Assembly: GCA_040770465.1 (NCBI GenBank)
Contig: JAXGJB010000023.1
Coordinates: forward strand, 1-40,360
Direction of reading: 5' to 3'
DNA length: 40,360 nucleotides
DNA from: Methanothrix sp.
GTDB lineage: Archaea; Halobacteriota; Methanosarcinia; Methanotrichales; Methanotrichaceae
The position numbers and the translations under genes are program-made. The notes beneath the pieces were generated by a model, which saw nothing but the letters and a program-made list of their open reading frames with translations, ran no database searches and was not told the DNA's origin. The first letter of the stretch is position 1; each line of letters starts with the position of its first letter. Of this stretch, positions 1 to 9,613 are shown piece by piece.

Positions 1-561
1 TTCTTTGACCTTCTCTTCGTCCAGAAAGTCCACAGGCTCGTAGACGTGGGTGAGAATGAACCCGTCCATGCAGGACATGGAGGGGGTGAGGATCTTCGGG
101 TCCTCGGAGATCTTGTAGAGCTGGGGTGTGAGGTCGATCGCCTCCTGGACGTTCTCGGCGTAGATCTGGATCCAGCCCGAGTCCCTCGCCCCCAGAGCAT
201 CCTGCTGATCGTTCCAGATGGATAGAGGTGCGCTGAGAGCCCGGTTCACCGTCGTCATGACGATGGGAAGCCGCATCCCCGATACGTTGTAGAGGACCTC
301 GAACATCAGGGCGAGGCCCTGGGAGGTCGTCGAGGTGTAGGTCCGGGCTCCCGCAGCGCTCGCCCCGATGAGGGAGGAGAGGGATGAGAACTCCGAATCG
401 ACGTTGATGTACTCGCAGTCGAGCTTTCCGTCGGCGACGAACTCAGAGAGGTGCTCCACGATGTGGGTCTGGGGGGTGATCGGATAGACCGAGACGACGT
501 CGGGAGAGCAGCACCGAACGGCGTCGGCTATCGCATATGATCCTTCCACCACTTTCCTCAT
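1..561 (-). CDS. porA: Pyruvate:ferredoxin oxidoreductase alpha subunit, N-terminal part (runs off the window start)
   Basis: Absent from the ORF track. Manual translation from ATG at 561 gives [38 protein letters not shown]...DSEF...[15 protein letters not shown]...[21 protein letters not shown] and TxSQGL are PorA motifs. It abuts the porD stop. Confidence 0.93.
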   Translation of the reverse strand, partial: MRKVVEGSYAIADAVRCCSPDVVSVYPITPQTHIVEHLSEFVADGKLDCEYINVDSEFSSLSSLIGASAAGARTYTSTTSQGLALMFEVLYNVSGMRLPIVMTTVNRALSAPLSIWNDQQDALGARDSGWIQIYAENVQEAIDLTPQLYKISEDPKILTPSMSCMDGFILTHVYEPVDFLDEEKVKE

Positions 562-822
562 TTATTTCTCCTCCAGGACCATGGAGATCGCTCCCCGGGG
601 GCATTCGTGGGCGCAGACGCTGCACCCCTTGCAAAAGTCCAGATCCGGTACGAAGTTGCCATCGATCTGGTGAATGCAGCTCTCGGGACAGTATATCTCG
701 CAGATGCTGCACTTGATGCACTTGTCGTGATCGAAGACGGGGACGAAGGTCCTCCAGGCTCCGGTCTTGGTGATCTCGGTGCTCCCCGGTTCCACCACCA
801 TTCTAACTCCACATTTGCTCAT
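562..822 (-). CDS. porD: Pyruvate:ferredoxin oxidoreductase delta subunit (2x[4Fe-4S])
   Basis: [10 protein letters not shown] motif plus [12 protein letters not shown] and [12 protein letters not shown] ferredoxin motifs; lies between the gamma and alpha genes. Confidence 0.93.
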   Translation of the reverse strand: MSKCGVRMVVEPGSTEITKTGAWRTFVPVFDHDKCIKCSICEIYCPESCIHQIDGNFVPDLDFCKGCSVCAHECPRGAISMVLEEK

Positions 823-1358
823 CGAACAACCCCCTCGTAAGCGGTCTTTATGGCGGCGAGGTTCTTCTCCCCCAGGGCTCCGGAAAACCTGCCCAAAATG
901 GCCTTGTTTATGCTATCGAGGCTCACCTCTCCGGTGGCGCCGCAGAAGGCGCCGAGCATGGTGGTGTTGACGATGGGCCTTCCCAGCTTATCGAGGGCGA
1001 TCTTGGTGGCGTCGATGGTGACGACCTCCGCCTCCGTTTCAAGCTTCAGATCTTTGACGTTCCTGTCGGTGTTTATTATTATCTTGCCCTCTGGCTTGAG
1101 GCCGCTCGCCACGTCGACGACGTCCAAGAGGGTTACGTCCTGAACTATGACGTAATCGGGCTCGTATATCTGGCTCCTCACCCGGATCGGCTCGTTTGCA
1201 ATTCGGGCAAAAGCCATGACTGGAGCGCCTCGCCGCTCCACACCAAAGGCGGGAAAAGCCTGGGAGTACTTTTTATCCTCAAAAGCCGCAATTGCTATCA
1301 ACTCTGCAGCAGTAACTGCTCCCTGGCCACCCCGGCCGTGAAATCGAATCTCCTTCAA
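819..1358 (-). CDS. porG: Pyruvate:ferredoxin oxidoreductase gamma subunit
   Basis: [15 protein letters not shown] and [10 protein letters not shown] motifs. Start moved to TTG at 1358, which follows a GAGGAGGT ribosome-binding site; the ORF-track extension to 1442 looks spurious. Confidence 0.93.
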   Translation of the reverse strand: MKEIRFHGRGGQGAVTAAELIAIAAFEDKKYSQAFPAFGVERRGAPVMAFARIANEPIRVRSQIYEPDYVIVQDVTLLDVVDVASGLKPEGKIIINTDRNVKDLKLETEAEVVTIDATKIALDKLGRPIVNTTMLGAFCGATGEVSLDSINKAILGRFSGALGEKNLAAIKTAYEGVVR

Positions 1359-1480
1359 CCGGCTGACCTCCTCATCGGCGTGAGGCGACGACAGAATATA
1401 GCCTTTTCGGAGATGGTGATCGACGGCGGCGCAACACCACATTTTTATATCCGACGGGCTCCTAGGGCAAAGAGTTTCAC

Positions 1481-2203
1481 ATGAAGGATGATGGTGAAGA
1501 GGAGAGCGTAAAGACGGAAGATGAGAGCCAGAGAGAGCTGCTCTTCGCGGTCAGGGCGGCCGAGCAGAGCCTCCCCGAGGGGACGAGCCCTTCGATCTGG
1601 GAGGTCCTCGCCTTCGTAGAGGGGATGGCCCCCTTCCTCAACAGGGGCACCCTGATCGAGCTCAAGTGCAAAAGCTGCGACAACTACGCTCCATCCTTCT
1701 TCTCCGGAGAGGACGAATTCGGCGTCGTGGAGCCCCGGGCCTACTGCCACGCCAAGAAGCAACCCCTCCACCACCTCAGCCTCTTCACCATAGCCAAGTG
1801 CCAGGATTACTCTCAGGATGCTCAGAGAGAGCTTTTTGAGCTGGCGGAGTCGGTGGTGGCCGAAGACCTCCGACCGGCCCTAGCCAACAAGAAGCTCTAC
1901 GACAGGAACGCCTTTGCCAGCTACGATGTGGACTACAGAATAATCCAGAAGCGGAGCATGGTCTGCATAGAGTTCGGCCACGAAGACGACGGCAATTTCG
2001 TCGAGAGCGGAATCAAGATCTGCATCCTCAGAAGGCTGGACCCGGGCTTTGGCAAAGACTCCGCCAAGATCAAGGCGGTTCAAACGTATGGCAGACCCGT
2101 CGTGGTGGTGATTGCCGCCCGACAGATAAGGCGACAGATGGATATCGACGAGGTCTTCGAGAGGATAGCCGAGAAAAGAGAGATGGACATCGTCTATCTC
2201 TGA
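1481..2203 (+). CDS. Hypothetical protein with a probable Zn-binding segment and a possible restriction-endonuclease-like C-terminal domain
   Basis: 240-aa ORF with host-like codon usage and a TTTATAT box at 1444-1450. Contains CKSC...CH...C. The domain call is tentative. Confidence 0.6.
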   Translation: MKDDGEEESVKTEDESQRELLFAVRAAEQSLPEGTSPSIWEVLAFVEGMAPFLNRGTLIELKCKSCDNYAPSFFSGEDEFGVVEPRAYCHAKKQPLHHLSLFTIAKCQDYSQDAQRELFELAESVVAEDLRPALANKKLYDRNAFASYDVDYRIIQKRSMVCIEFGHEDDGNFVESGIKICILRRLDPGFGKDSAKIKAVQTYGRPVVVVIAARQIRRQMDIDEVFERIAEKREMDIVYL

Positions 2204-2259
2204 TCTCTTCTCGGCTTCGATCACAAGTACTAAATAACTAATTGAAGGATGTTTATTCA

Positions 2260-4071
2260 ATGGCAGACTGTGTAGTGCCCGATACGAGCGTGGTGATCGA
2301 CGGCAGGGTTTCGGCCAAGGTCGCCTCCGGCGAGTATCTGGGCAAACGAGTTGTAGTCCCCGAGGCGGTGGTGGCGGAGCTGGAGGCCCAGGCAAACCAC
2401 GGCCGCGAGACGGGGATCAAGGGGCTAGAGGAGCTGAGACGCCTCTCGCAGCTGGCAAAGTCGGGGAAGATCGAGCTGGAGTACGTAGGGGTGAGGCCCG
2501 ACCTGGACCAGATCAAGCTCGCGGGAGGCGGCGAGATCGACGCCATGATCCGGGACGTGGCCCTGGAGATCGGAGCCTACTTCCTCACCAGCGACTCCAT
2601 CCAGTCGAGGGTCGCCGAGGCTATGGGGATCGAGGTGGAGTACGTCCGACCCCAGAGGGAGGAGATCAAACCGATCTCCCTCGATAGGTACTTCACAAAC
2701 GACACCCTTTCCGTCCACCTCAAGGAGGGGACCGTTCCCATGGCCAAGAGGGGGAAGGTCGGGGAGTTTAGCCTCGTCAAGACCGGTAACAGGAACATGA
2801 CCGAGAGGGAACTCCGGGAGATGGTGAGGGAGATATTCGAGCGGGTCAAATCCGACCCCAACGCCCATATCGAGATGGAGAAGATCGGCGCCGCCGTCGT
2901 CCAGCTCGGCCCCATGAGGATCGCCATCGCCCGGCCACCCTTCGCCGACGGCCTGGAGATAACGGCGGTGAGGCCCGTGGCAAGGGTCGACCTGGAGGAC
3001 TACCGGCACAGCGACGAGCTGAAGGCGAGGCTGAAGGAAGCCCACCGGGGGATAATGATCGCAGGCCCACCGGGCTCCGGGAAGTCCACCTTCGCTGCAG
3101 GTGTGGCCAAGTACCTCCAGAAGTGCGACTGCGTCGTCAAGACCCTGGAAGCTCCAAGAGACCTCCAGGTCCCGCCGGAGATCACCCAGTACGGACCCCT
3201 GGAGGGGTCCATGGAGGCATCGGCCGACATCCTCCTCCTGGTGAGGCCCGACTACACCATCTACGACGAGGTGAGGAAGACCAATGACTTCCAGGTCTTC
3301 GCAGACCTGAGGATGGCCGGGGTCGGGATGATCGGTGTGGTCCACGCCAATAAACCGATCGACGCCCTCCAGAGGCTGATCGGACGGGTCGACCTGGGGA
3401 TGATACCCCAGGTGATCGACACCATCGTCTTCATCGAGAAGGGAGAGGTCAGCAAGGTCATGGACGTCGAGTTCATGGTGAAAGTGCCCGCGGGGATGAC
3501 CGAGGCGGACCTTTCACGCCCCGTCATCGTCGTCAAGGACTTCGAGACAGGAAGGGCCGAGTACGAGCTTTACACCTACGGCGAAGAGATAGTGATCATG
3601 CCCATCTCTCCCGAAGGGAAGAAGCCCGCCTCATGGGACCTCGCCTCCCGCCAGGTCGAGGAGGAGATGAGAAGCCACCTCAAGGGCCCCTTCGAGGTGG
3701 AGATGATAAGCGACTCATCGGCGGTGGTGAAGGTCCAGGAGAACGAGGCGGCTCGGATCATAGGAAAGTCGGGAAAGAGGATCGAGCAGATCGAGAAGGC
3801 GCTCGGAATCCACATCGACGTCCAGACCTTCGACGGCCGGGAAGAGCCCCTGAAACCCCACATCGAGGATACCGGCCGCCACCTGGCTATCTGGGTCGGT
3901 GGAAAGCCCGGTGAGAGGGTCGAGATCTTCGTCGGGAAAGAGCCGGTCTTCACCGCCACCATCGGCCGGAGGGGGGACATCAGGATGGTGAAGTCCTCAG
4001 ACCTCGCCAAGCAGATCATGCTGAGGCTGAAGCACGGGGAGAAGCTGGAGGCCCGGAAGATCCGGGAGTGA
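2260..4071 (+). CDS. PINc/VapC-family ATPase (PIN + P-loop ATPase + KH; PINA-type)
   Basis: N-terminal PIN (VPDTSVVIDG, VVAELE), Walker A GPPGSGKST, DYTIYDEVR, and a C-terminal KH motif IIGKSGKRI. ATG at 2260. Confidence 0.9.
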   Translation: MADCVVPDTSVVIDGRVSAKVASGEYLGKRVVVPEAVVAELEAQANHGRETGIKGLEELRRLSQLAKSGKIELEYVGVRPDLDQIKLAGGGEIDAMIRDVALEIGAYFLTSDSIQSRVAEAMGIEVEYVRPQREEIKPISLDRYFTNDTLSVHLKEGTVPMAKRGKVGEFSLVKTGNRNMTERELREMVREIFERVKSDPNAHIEMEKIGAAVVQLGPMRIAIARPPFADGLEITAVRPVARVDLEDYRHSDELKARLKEAHRGIMIAGPPGSGKSTFAAGVAKYLQKCDCVVKTLEAPRDLQVPPEITQYGPLEGSMEASADILLLVRPDYTIYDEVRKTNDFQVFADLRMAGVGMIGVVHANKPIDALQRLIGRVDLGMIPQVIDTIVFIEKGEVSKVMDVEFMVKVPAGMTEADLSRPVIVVKDFETGRAEYELYTYGEEIVIMPISPEGKKPASWDLASRQVEEEMRSHLKGPFEVEMISDSSAVVKVQENEAARIIGKSGKRIEQIEKALGIHIDVQTFDGREEPLKPHIEDTGRHLAIWVGGKPGERVEIFVGKEPVFTATIGRRGDIRMVKSSDLAKQIMLRLKHGEKLEARKIRE

Positions 4072-4269
4072 AGGCCACCCCGTCGCCTTCCCCCTTTCGT
4101 CTTTTTCTCAGTTCCCCTTTTTTCGCCTTCTTACCCGTCAACCCCTTTCGTCTTGAGATCCCAATGCCCTCTCATCCCCGTCGCCTGAGATTCCCCCCAG
4201 CCATCAATGCCAGGACCTTCAGGTCAACGTAGCCTCGTATCCCCACAAAAGCCATCGTCTCTGAGACCT

Positions 4270-5076
4270 TCAGATCCCGAGGGTCAGCCTGAGGGTATTT
4301 CTCAACGCCGGGGCGAGCCCCAGGGTGAGGAGGGCGAGCTTCGTCAGGTTTAAAAGCGACGGATCGTCCCGGATGGACCCATCGGCAAGCGCCAAAACGG
4401 GGATCAGGATCAGAAGCTTCAGGGGGTACATCACCAGAGCCGTCCCGGTGAGGTTGATCAGAAGGTTGGGGATGACGTGCTTCTCGACGTAGCCGAACAG
4501 GTCCACCCCGACGTAGGTGGAGCTGGCGTCCAGCATGTGAGAGAAGAGGATCAAAATATTCAGCCGATCCGAGAGGAAACAAAGCTTCAGCCTGGCGGCA
4601 AAACCCCAGATCGCCAGGGTCACAGCCGACCCGAGGGAGAATATAAGGAGGGGCGTCCGGAAGCTCTCGGCTCCTCCCGAGGCGAGAAGGGCGAGGTTGA
4701 CCCCGGTCCATAAGAGGCCGATGGCGGAGTAGCCCGCCAGGTACCTCTCCTTCAGGGCCCACCTGCATAGGACTAGGCTTGTCAGTGTCACCGCCGCCAC
4801 AAGTAAGTATATAAAAGGCGTTATGAGCAGGTACTTGAAGGGCGCAGCCACCAGCTCCGCGTCCTCGACTACCCGTAGGCTCGAACCCACCAGGATGTAA
4901 GGGGCGGTGGCGAAGACGAAACGCTCATCGAGGCTGATCTCGAGCCGCCGAAATAGCCTGATGATCAAAAGGAGCATGCCGCCCAGAATCAGAGCCCAGG
5001 TGACGGTGTTCACGATGTTGTAGCCCGAATCGCTGATGATGGGCTCTACATAGTACTTGTATATCCAGGGATGCAA
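4270..5076 (-). CDS. DUF63-family archaeal membrane protein
   Basis: GYNIVNT, LRVVEDA, HMLDASST, YVEKHV and LGLAPALRNTLR motifs; several hydrophobic helices; TTG start. Confidence 0.8.
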   Translation of the reverse strand: MHPWIYKYYVEPIISDSGYNIVNTVTWALILGGMLLLIIRLFRRLEISLDERFVFATAPYILVGSSLRVVEDAELVAAPFKYLLITPFIYLLVAAVTLTSLVLCRWALKERYLAGYSAIGLLWTGVNLALLASGGAESFRTPLLIFSLGSAVTLAIWGFAARLKLCFLSDRLNILILFSHMLDASSTYVGVDLFGYVEKHVIPNLLINLTGTALVMYPLKLLILIPVLALADGSIRDDPSLLNLTKLALLTLGLAPALRNTLRLTLGI

Positions 5077-5223
5077 CGGGTCCCAGCTCCTATCGACGAT
5101 ATCCTCGACGGTTAATCTGCCGAAGGTGGTGGCGGCATGGTATATTTAAGGATCGTCGCCTGAGTGACTGGAACGGTGGAGAAAGAGAGATTGAGATAGA
5201 TCAAGTGAGATATGGCAAACGGG

Positions 5224-5268
5224 ATGGTGGCGGCGATAGAATGAATGGTGGCGACGATAAAATGAATG
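5224..5268. repeat. 21-bp tandem duplication in the divergent DUF63/psmB intergenic region
   Basis: atggtggcggcgatagaatga followed directly by atggtggcgacgataaaatga (2 mismatches), then atg. Confidence 0.8.
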
Positions 5269-5312
5269 CACCGCCCGACATCAGTTCGCCGTTTCCAGGT
5301 TGACAAAGGCGC

Positions 5313-5327
5313 GGAAGATTTATATAG
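5313..5327 (+). promoter_or_regulatory. Putative BRE-TATA promoter of psmB-fttA
   Basis: Purine-rich GGAAGA followed by TTTATATA (5319-5326), about 55 bp upstream of the psmB ATG; GAGGT RBS at 5371. Confidence 0.6.
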
Positions 5328-5381
5328 TGATGGTGGTGAAGGGAATTCGTCCGTTTTCTGATTTTAATTCGAGGTATTTAA

Positions 5382-6005
5382 ATGGTCGAGGTGTTCAAAG
5401 GCACAACTACGGTGGGAATCGTCTGCAAAGATGGTGTCGTCCTCGCTTCGGAGAGCAGGGCCACCATGGGCCACTTCATCGCCAGCACCACTGCTCAGAA
5501 GATATACCAGATAGCCGATCGCGTCGGCCTGACCACCGCGGGAGTGGTCGGCGACGCCCAGTCCATCGTTCGGATGATCCAGGTGGAGTCAAGGCTCTAC
5601 AACATGCAGAGGGGCGAGCCGATGACGGTCAAGGGTACGACCTCCCTTATGTCCAACGTCCTCGCTTCAAGGCGGTACTTCCCCTTCATGGTCCAGCTCC
5701 TTTTGGGCGGCGTCGACAAGAAAGGACCCCAGCTCTTCTCCCTGGACGCCCTGGGTGGGAACATCCGGGAGCAGAAGGTCGTGGCCACGGGCTCCGGCTC
5801 GCCGACCGCCTACGGAGTCCTGGAGGCGCTCTACAACCCCGAGATGACCGTTGAAGAGGGGGCGAAGCTGGGGGTGAGGGCCATCCACAACGCCATGAAG
5901 AGGGACTCGGCTTCTGGCGACGTCATACAGGTGGTCAAGATCACCAGCGGCAAGTATGAGGTGGTAGACGAACCCGCCGTGGAGAATATCCGGCAAAACC
6001 TCTGA
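5382..6005 (+). CDS. psmB: Proteasome beta subunit
   Basis: Short propeptide then KG/TTTVG (catalytic Thr1); GDAQ, ATGSGSP and RDSASG motifs. Confidence 0.96.
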   Translation: MVEVFKGTTTVGIVCKDGVVLASESRATMGHFIASTTAQKIYQIADRVGLTTAGVVGDAQSIVRMIQVESRLYNMQRGEPMTVKGTTSLMSNVLASRRYFPFMVQLLLGGVDKKGPQLFSLDALGGNIREQKVVATGSGSPTAYGVLEALYNPEMTVEEGAKLGVRAIHNAMKRDSASGDVIQVVKITSGKYEVVDEPAVENIRQNL

Positions 6006-6035
6006 TTAAATAACTTTTTTTGGATGTGTATTTCA

Positions 6036-7943
6036 TTGTCTGTTGAGGAAGTACTCCTTGAGCTCAAGCGGAGGGTGCAGAGCAAACTGCCTCCGAACAT
6101 AAACGTCACCGGCATAGAATTCGAGGGCCCTGAGCTGGTAATATACACCGACGACCCGAGAAAGCTGGCAGACGATGGAGAGATCGTCCGATCCCTGGCA
6201 AAAGATCTGAGGAAGAGGGTGGTGGTGAGGCCTGACCTGAAGGTCCTGGCCGACCCCGAGGGAGCGGTGAAGAAGATTCAGCAGGTGGTCCCCCCCGAGG
6301 CGGGGCTCACCAACTACTACTTCGACGGCGAGACCGGCGAGGTGGTGATCGAGGCAGAGAAGCCCGGCCTTGTGATCGGAAGGCACGGTGCCACCCTCCG
6401 GGAGATCACAAAGCTGATCGGCTGGACCCCGAAGGTTGTGAGAACCCCCCCGGTCCGGTCTTCCACCATCGCCAACACCAAAGAGTATCTCCGGTCCGTC
6501 CAGTCCGAGAGAAAGGAGATCCTCAAGACGATCGGGAGGAGGATCCATCGGGACGTCGCCTCGAAGGACCAGTGGGTCAGGATAACCACCCTGGGCGGGT
6601 GCCGTGAGGTGGGCAGAAGCTGCATGCTCCTCTCGACCCCCGAGTCGAAGATCATCATCGACTGCGGCGTCAACGTCGGGTCCGACGACAGCGCCACCCC
6701 GTACCTCTACGTCCCCGAGGTCTACCCCTTAAACCAGATCGACGCCGTGGTCCTCACCCACGCCCACCTCGACCACGCCGGCCTCGTTCCGATGCTCTAT
6801 AAGTACGGGTACGAGGGGCCGATCTACTGCACCCCGCCGACTAGAGACCTCTTCGTCCTCCTCCAGCTCGACTACATCGACATCGCTGGACGAGAGGGCA
6901 AAAGGATGCCTTACGAGTCGGCGATGATCAGGGAGGCCCTCAAGCACACCATCACCCTCAACTACGGCGACGTGACCGACATCGCCCCCGATACGAAGCT
7001 GACGATGCACAACGCTGGCCACATCCTTGGGTCTGCCATCTGCCACTTCCACGTTGGAGACGGCCTCTACAACATCGCCTTCACCGGTGACTTCAAGTTC
7101 GAGAAGACGAGGCTCTTCGACCCCGCCGTCCACTCCTTCCCCAGGCTTGAGACCCTGGTGACGGAGGCGACCTACGGCGGGTCGGGAAGCACCCAGCCCT
7201 CCCGGAAGGAGGCCGAAGCACGGCTTCTGAAGGTGGTGCGAGATACCATAAAGCGCGGTGGAAAGGTGGTAATCCCGGCCTTCGCCGTGGGCAGGAGCCA
7301 GGAGGTGATGATCGCTCTCGAGGAGGCGATCAGGAAGAAGACCCTCGACGAGATCAGCGTCTACCTCGACGGGATGATCTACGAGGCGACGGCGATCCAC
7401 ACCACTTACCCGGAGTACCTGAACAACGAGCTCCGGGACCTCATATTCCACAAGGGTATCAACCCCTTCCTCTCCGAATGCTTCGTCCAGGTGGAGAACG
7501 CCAGTCAGAGAACGAACATCATGGAGGGCGACCCCTGCGTTGTCCTGGCCACCAGCGGGATGCTCAACGGCGGCCCGATCCTGGAGTACCTGAAGGGCCT
7601 CGGGCCCGACGAGAGGAACACCCTGGTGATCGTGGGCTACCAGGCCGAAGGAACCCTCGGCCGCCGGATCCAGAAGGGGTGGAACGAGGTGCCCCTCTCC
7701 TCCGAAGGGAGGACCCAGACCGTCAAGATAAACCTTGAGGTGGTCACCGTCGACGGCTTCTCCGGCCACTCGGACCGAAACCAGCTGATGGATTACGTCA
7801 GGAGGGTATACCCCAAGCCCTCGAGGGTGATCACAAACCACGGCGACGAGAGCAACTGCCTCGACCTCGCGAGCTCCATCTACAAGAAGCACAGGATACC
7901 GACGATGGCGCCGATGAACCTGGAGACGATACGCCTCGTCTGA
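6036..7943 (+). CDS. fttA: aCPSF1/FttA: KH + metallo-beta-lactamase/beta-CASP ribonuclease and transcription termination factor
   Basis: [12 protein letters not shown]-terminus, KH motif [40 protein letters not shown] and NLETIRL C-terminus. The psmB-aCPSF1 adjacency is conserved in archaea. Start is TTG 6036 or ATG 6024. Confidence 0.95.
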   Translation: MSVEEVLLELKRRVQSKLPPNINVTGIEFEGPELVIYTDDPRKLADDGEIVRSLAKDLRKRVVVRPDLKVLADPEGAVKKIQQVVPPEAGLTNYYFDGETGEVVIEAEKPGLVIGRHGATLREITKLIGWTPKVVRTPPVRSSTIANTKEYLRSVQSERKEILKTIGRRIHRDVASKDQWVRITTLGGCREVGRSCMLLSTPESKIIIDCGVNVGSDDSATPYLYVPEVYPLNQIDAVVLTHAHLDHAGLVPMLYKYGYEGPIYCTPPTRDLFVLLQLDYIDIAGREGKRMPYESAMIREALKHTITLNYGDVTDIAPDTKLTMHNAGHILGSAICHFHVGDGLYNIAFTGDFKFEKTRLFDPAVHSFPRLETLVTEATYGGSGSTQPSRKEAEARLLKVVRDTIKRGGKVVIPAFAVGRSQEVMIALEEAIRKKTLDEISVYLDGMIYEATAIHTTYPEYLNNELRDLIFHKGINPFLSECFVQVENASQRTNIMEGDPCVVLATSGMLNGGPILEYLKGLGPDERNTLVIVGYQAEGTLGRRIQKGWNEVPLSSEGRTQTVKINLEVVTVDGFSGHSDRNQLMDYVRRVYPKPSRVITNHGDESNCLDLASSIYKKHRIPTMAPMNLETIRLV

Positions 7944-8101
7944 TCTCGGCGGGGCGATTGGGGCTTTTGGCCTTTCATCCCGATCGGCCGAAAAGAGGGC
8001 GACAGATGGGATGAATATGGACGGCGGCCCGCCTTTGCCACATTAAGTTCGGCGGTTTCGTCCTCCGCATCGCAAGCGGTCGAGCGGGCCCATCGCGGGC
8101 C

Positions 8102-8187
8102 CGAGGCCGGGGATATGATATCACGATGGCACTGAAGCGCCCATCGAGACCGAAGATATGATATCCAGATGGCACCGGAGCGCCCAT
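8102..8187. repeat. 43-bp imperfect tandem repeat (2 copies) upstream of the ArsR-like gene
   Basis: cgaggccggggatatgatatcacgatggcactgaagcgcccat (8102-8144) and cgagaccgaagatatgatatccagatggcaccggagcgcccat (8145-8187). Confidence 0.85.
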
Positions 8188-8297
8188 CTGCCCCTCTCGA
8201 TGCCTGATTTGGGCTCGGGCCTGCCGCACCATCTGCGATGGATTCTTCAAAAGATTTATCAAATTTGAGCGCCAATGGGCGGACGAGGTTTTGTGCG

Positions 8298-8813
8298 ATG
8301 GGAAAGAGAACTCGGATCATCAACGATCCCTCAGATCTTGTTCCTCTGCTCCTGGCTTTCGGTTCGGAAGTTCACAAACGGGTCTTTGAGGAGCTCTGCG
8401 AGGATTGGCGGACCGAGGCGGAGCTCTCGGAGCTCATGAGCGACGAAAAGGGGGTTCACAGGAGCCTCGAGCTTCTGAAGAAGAGCGGGCTTGTGGAGAC
8501 GAAATGGAAGATGCCAAAGCCCGGCGAGAGCCCGGAGAAGGAGTACCACTCCAGCTATTCGAGGGTCCAGGCCAACTTCGTCTGTCCCCTGGAGGATCTG
8601 AGCGAGCTGATATATCTCACCTCGATGTCGGATGATGAGCTCCGGAAGGAGACCGAGAAGATCGAGGGACTCGTCGTCAAGGGCAACACCTCTCTCTCCA
8701 ACCTGTCTCGGGAGCTTGATCTGAGCCAGGCCTTTATAAGAGGGGCTGCCAAACGAGCGAAGGGGCTCGCCGTCAGGGGTCAGCGGATCGAGCTATCGAA
8801 GGAAGAGGGCTGA
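8298..8813 (+). CDS. Archaeal ArsR-like winged-helix transcriptional regulator
   Basis: RTRIINDPSDLVPLL...LLKKSGLVETKWKMPKPGESPEKEYH resembles the methanogen ArsR-family proteins. ATG at 8298 follows a GAGG RBS. Confidence 0.75.
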   Translation: MGKRTRIINDPSDLVPLLLAFGSEVHKRVFEELCEDWRTEAELSELMSDEKGVHRSLELLKKSGLVETKWKMPKPGESPEKEYHSSYSRVQANFVCPLEDLSELIYLTSMSDDELRKETEKIEGLVVKGNTSLSNLSRELDLSQAFIRGAAKRAKGLAVRGQRIELSKEEG

Positions 8814-8815
8814 CG

Positions 8816-9604
8816 ATGGTGGACGTTTTACAGAGCAAGAGAGACAGCTCGCGGTTTCAGATCCTGGTGGAGATCGCCGCAAACCAGCCGAACGTAAGGC
8901 AGAAGGAGGTGGCCGAACGGCTCGGGGTCACCCCCCAGGCGATCTCCGAGTACATCAAGGACCTGGTCGCCGACGGGCTCGTAATATCCGACGGCAGGAT
9001 GAGGTACCGGATCACAAAGGAAGGGGTGGAGATGCTCCTGGAGAGCGCCGCCGAGCTGAAACGGTACGCACGGTACGTCATGGAGGAGATCATAAGCCAC
9101 GTCTCGGTCTGGGGTGCCATCGCCGACGAAGATCTGGAAGAGGGTGAGACGGTATCCCTGGAGATGAGGGGCGGCCTCCTCTACGCCAGCCGGAAGGACG
9201 GCAGCGGTGCCACAGGCGTCACCATCGCCGACGCCCGGACAGGAGAGGACGTGGGGATCTCCAACCTCAAAGGGCTGATCAGCCTCAAAGAGGGGACGGT
9301 CACCGTCTGCAAGGTTCCCAGGGTCCAGCTCGGCGGGTCTAGGAACGTGAACCTGGAGGCCCTATCCGGGATGGTCACCGATAGCGAGATGGTGGGGGCC
9401 CTGGGGATAGAGTCCCTCGTCTCCCTGAGAAAGGTCGGCCGGGAGCCGGACGTCTTCTTCGGGGCGAAGGAGTCGGCGGTGGAGTCGGCCTTCCATGGGG
9501 TCTCCTCGGTGATCGTCTGCGTCGACGAGCAGGCTCCAAACCTCATGGGAAGGCTCGAGGCCGAGGGGCTGAAGTACGAGCTCGTCGACCTCACCATCAC
9601 CTGA
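8816..9604 (+). CDS. Winged-helix transcriptional regulator (archaeal COG1497-like)
   Basis: N-terminal HTH QKEVAERLGVTPQAISEYIKDLVADGLV...YRITKEG; 2 bp from the previous gene, so probably the same operon. Confidence 0.8.
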   Translation: MVDVLQSKRDSSRFQILVEIAANQPNVRQKEVAERLGVTPQAISEYIKDLVADGLVISDGRMRYRITKEGVEMLLESAAELKRYARYVMEEIISHVSVWGAIADEDLEEGETVSLEMRGGLLYASRKDGSGATGVTIADARTGEDVGISNLKGLISLKEGTVTVCKVPRVQLGGSRNVNLEALSGMVTDSEMVGALGIESLVSLRKVGREPDVFFGAKESAVESAFHGVSSVIVCVDEQAPNLMGRLEAEGLKYELVDLTIT

Positions 9605-9613
9605 CCGGGTCCG

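Noticed and set aside
4072-4200. Pyrimidine-rich stretch with short duplicated words (ccccgtcgcct x2, cccctttcgtctt x2)
   Set aside because: Best explained as a U-rich terminator zone between convergent genes with low-complexity duplication; no coherent structure seen.
6729-7892. Long antisense ORFs (6729-7892, 2425-3345, 19098-20102, 34867-36150, 35180-36277, 36207-38006 and others)
   Set aside because: They shadow well-supported genes on the opposite strand, carry no recognisable motifs, and are expected in GC-rich DNA.
8102-8187. Possible mini-CRISPR array (also considered for 28151-28200)
   Set aside because: The units are adjacent with no unique 30-40-bp spacers, or the repeats are only 10 bp, and there are no cas genes in the window.
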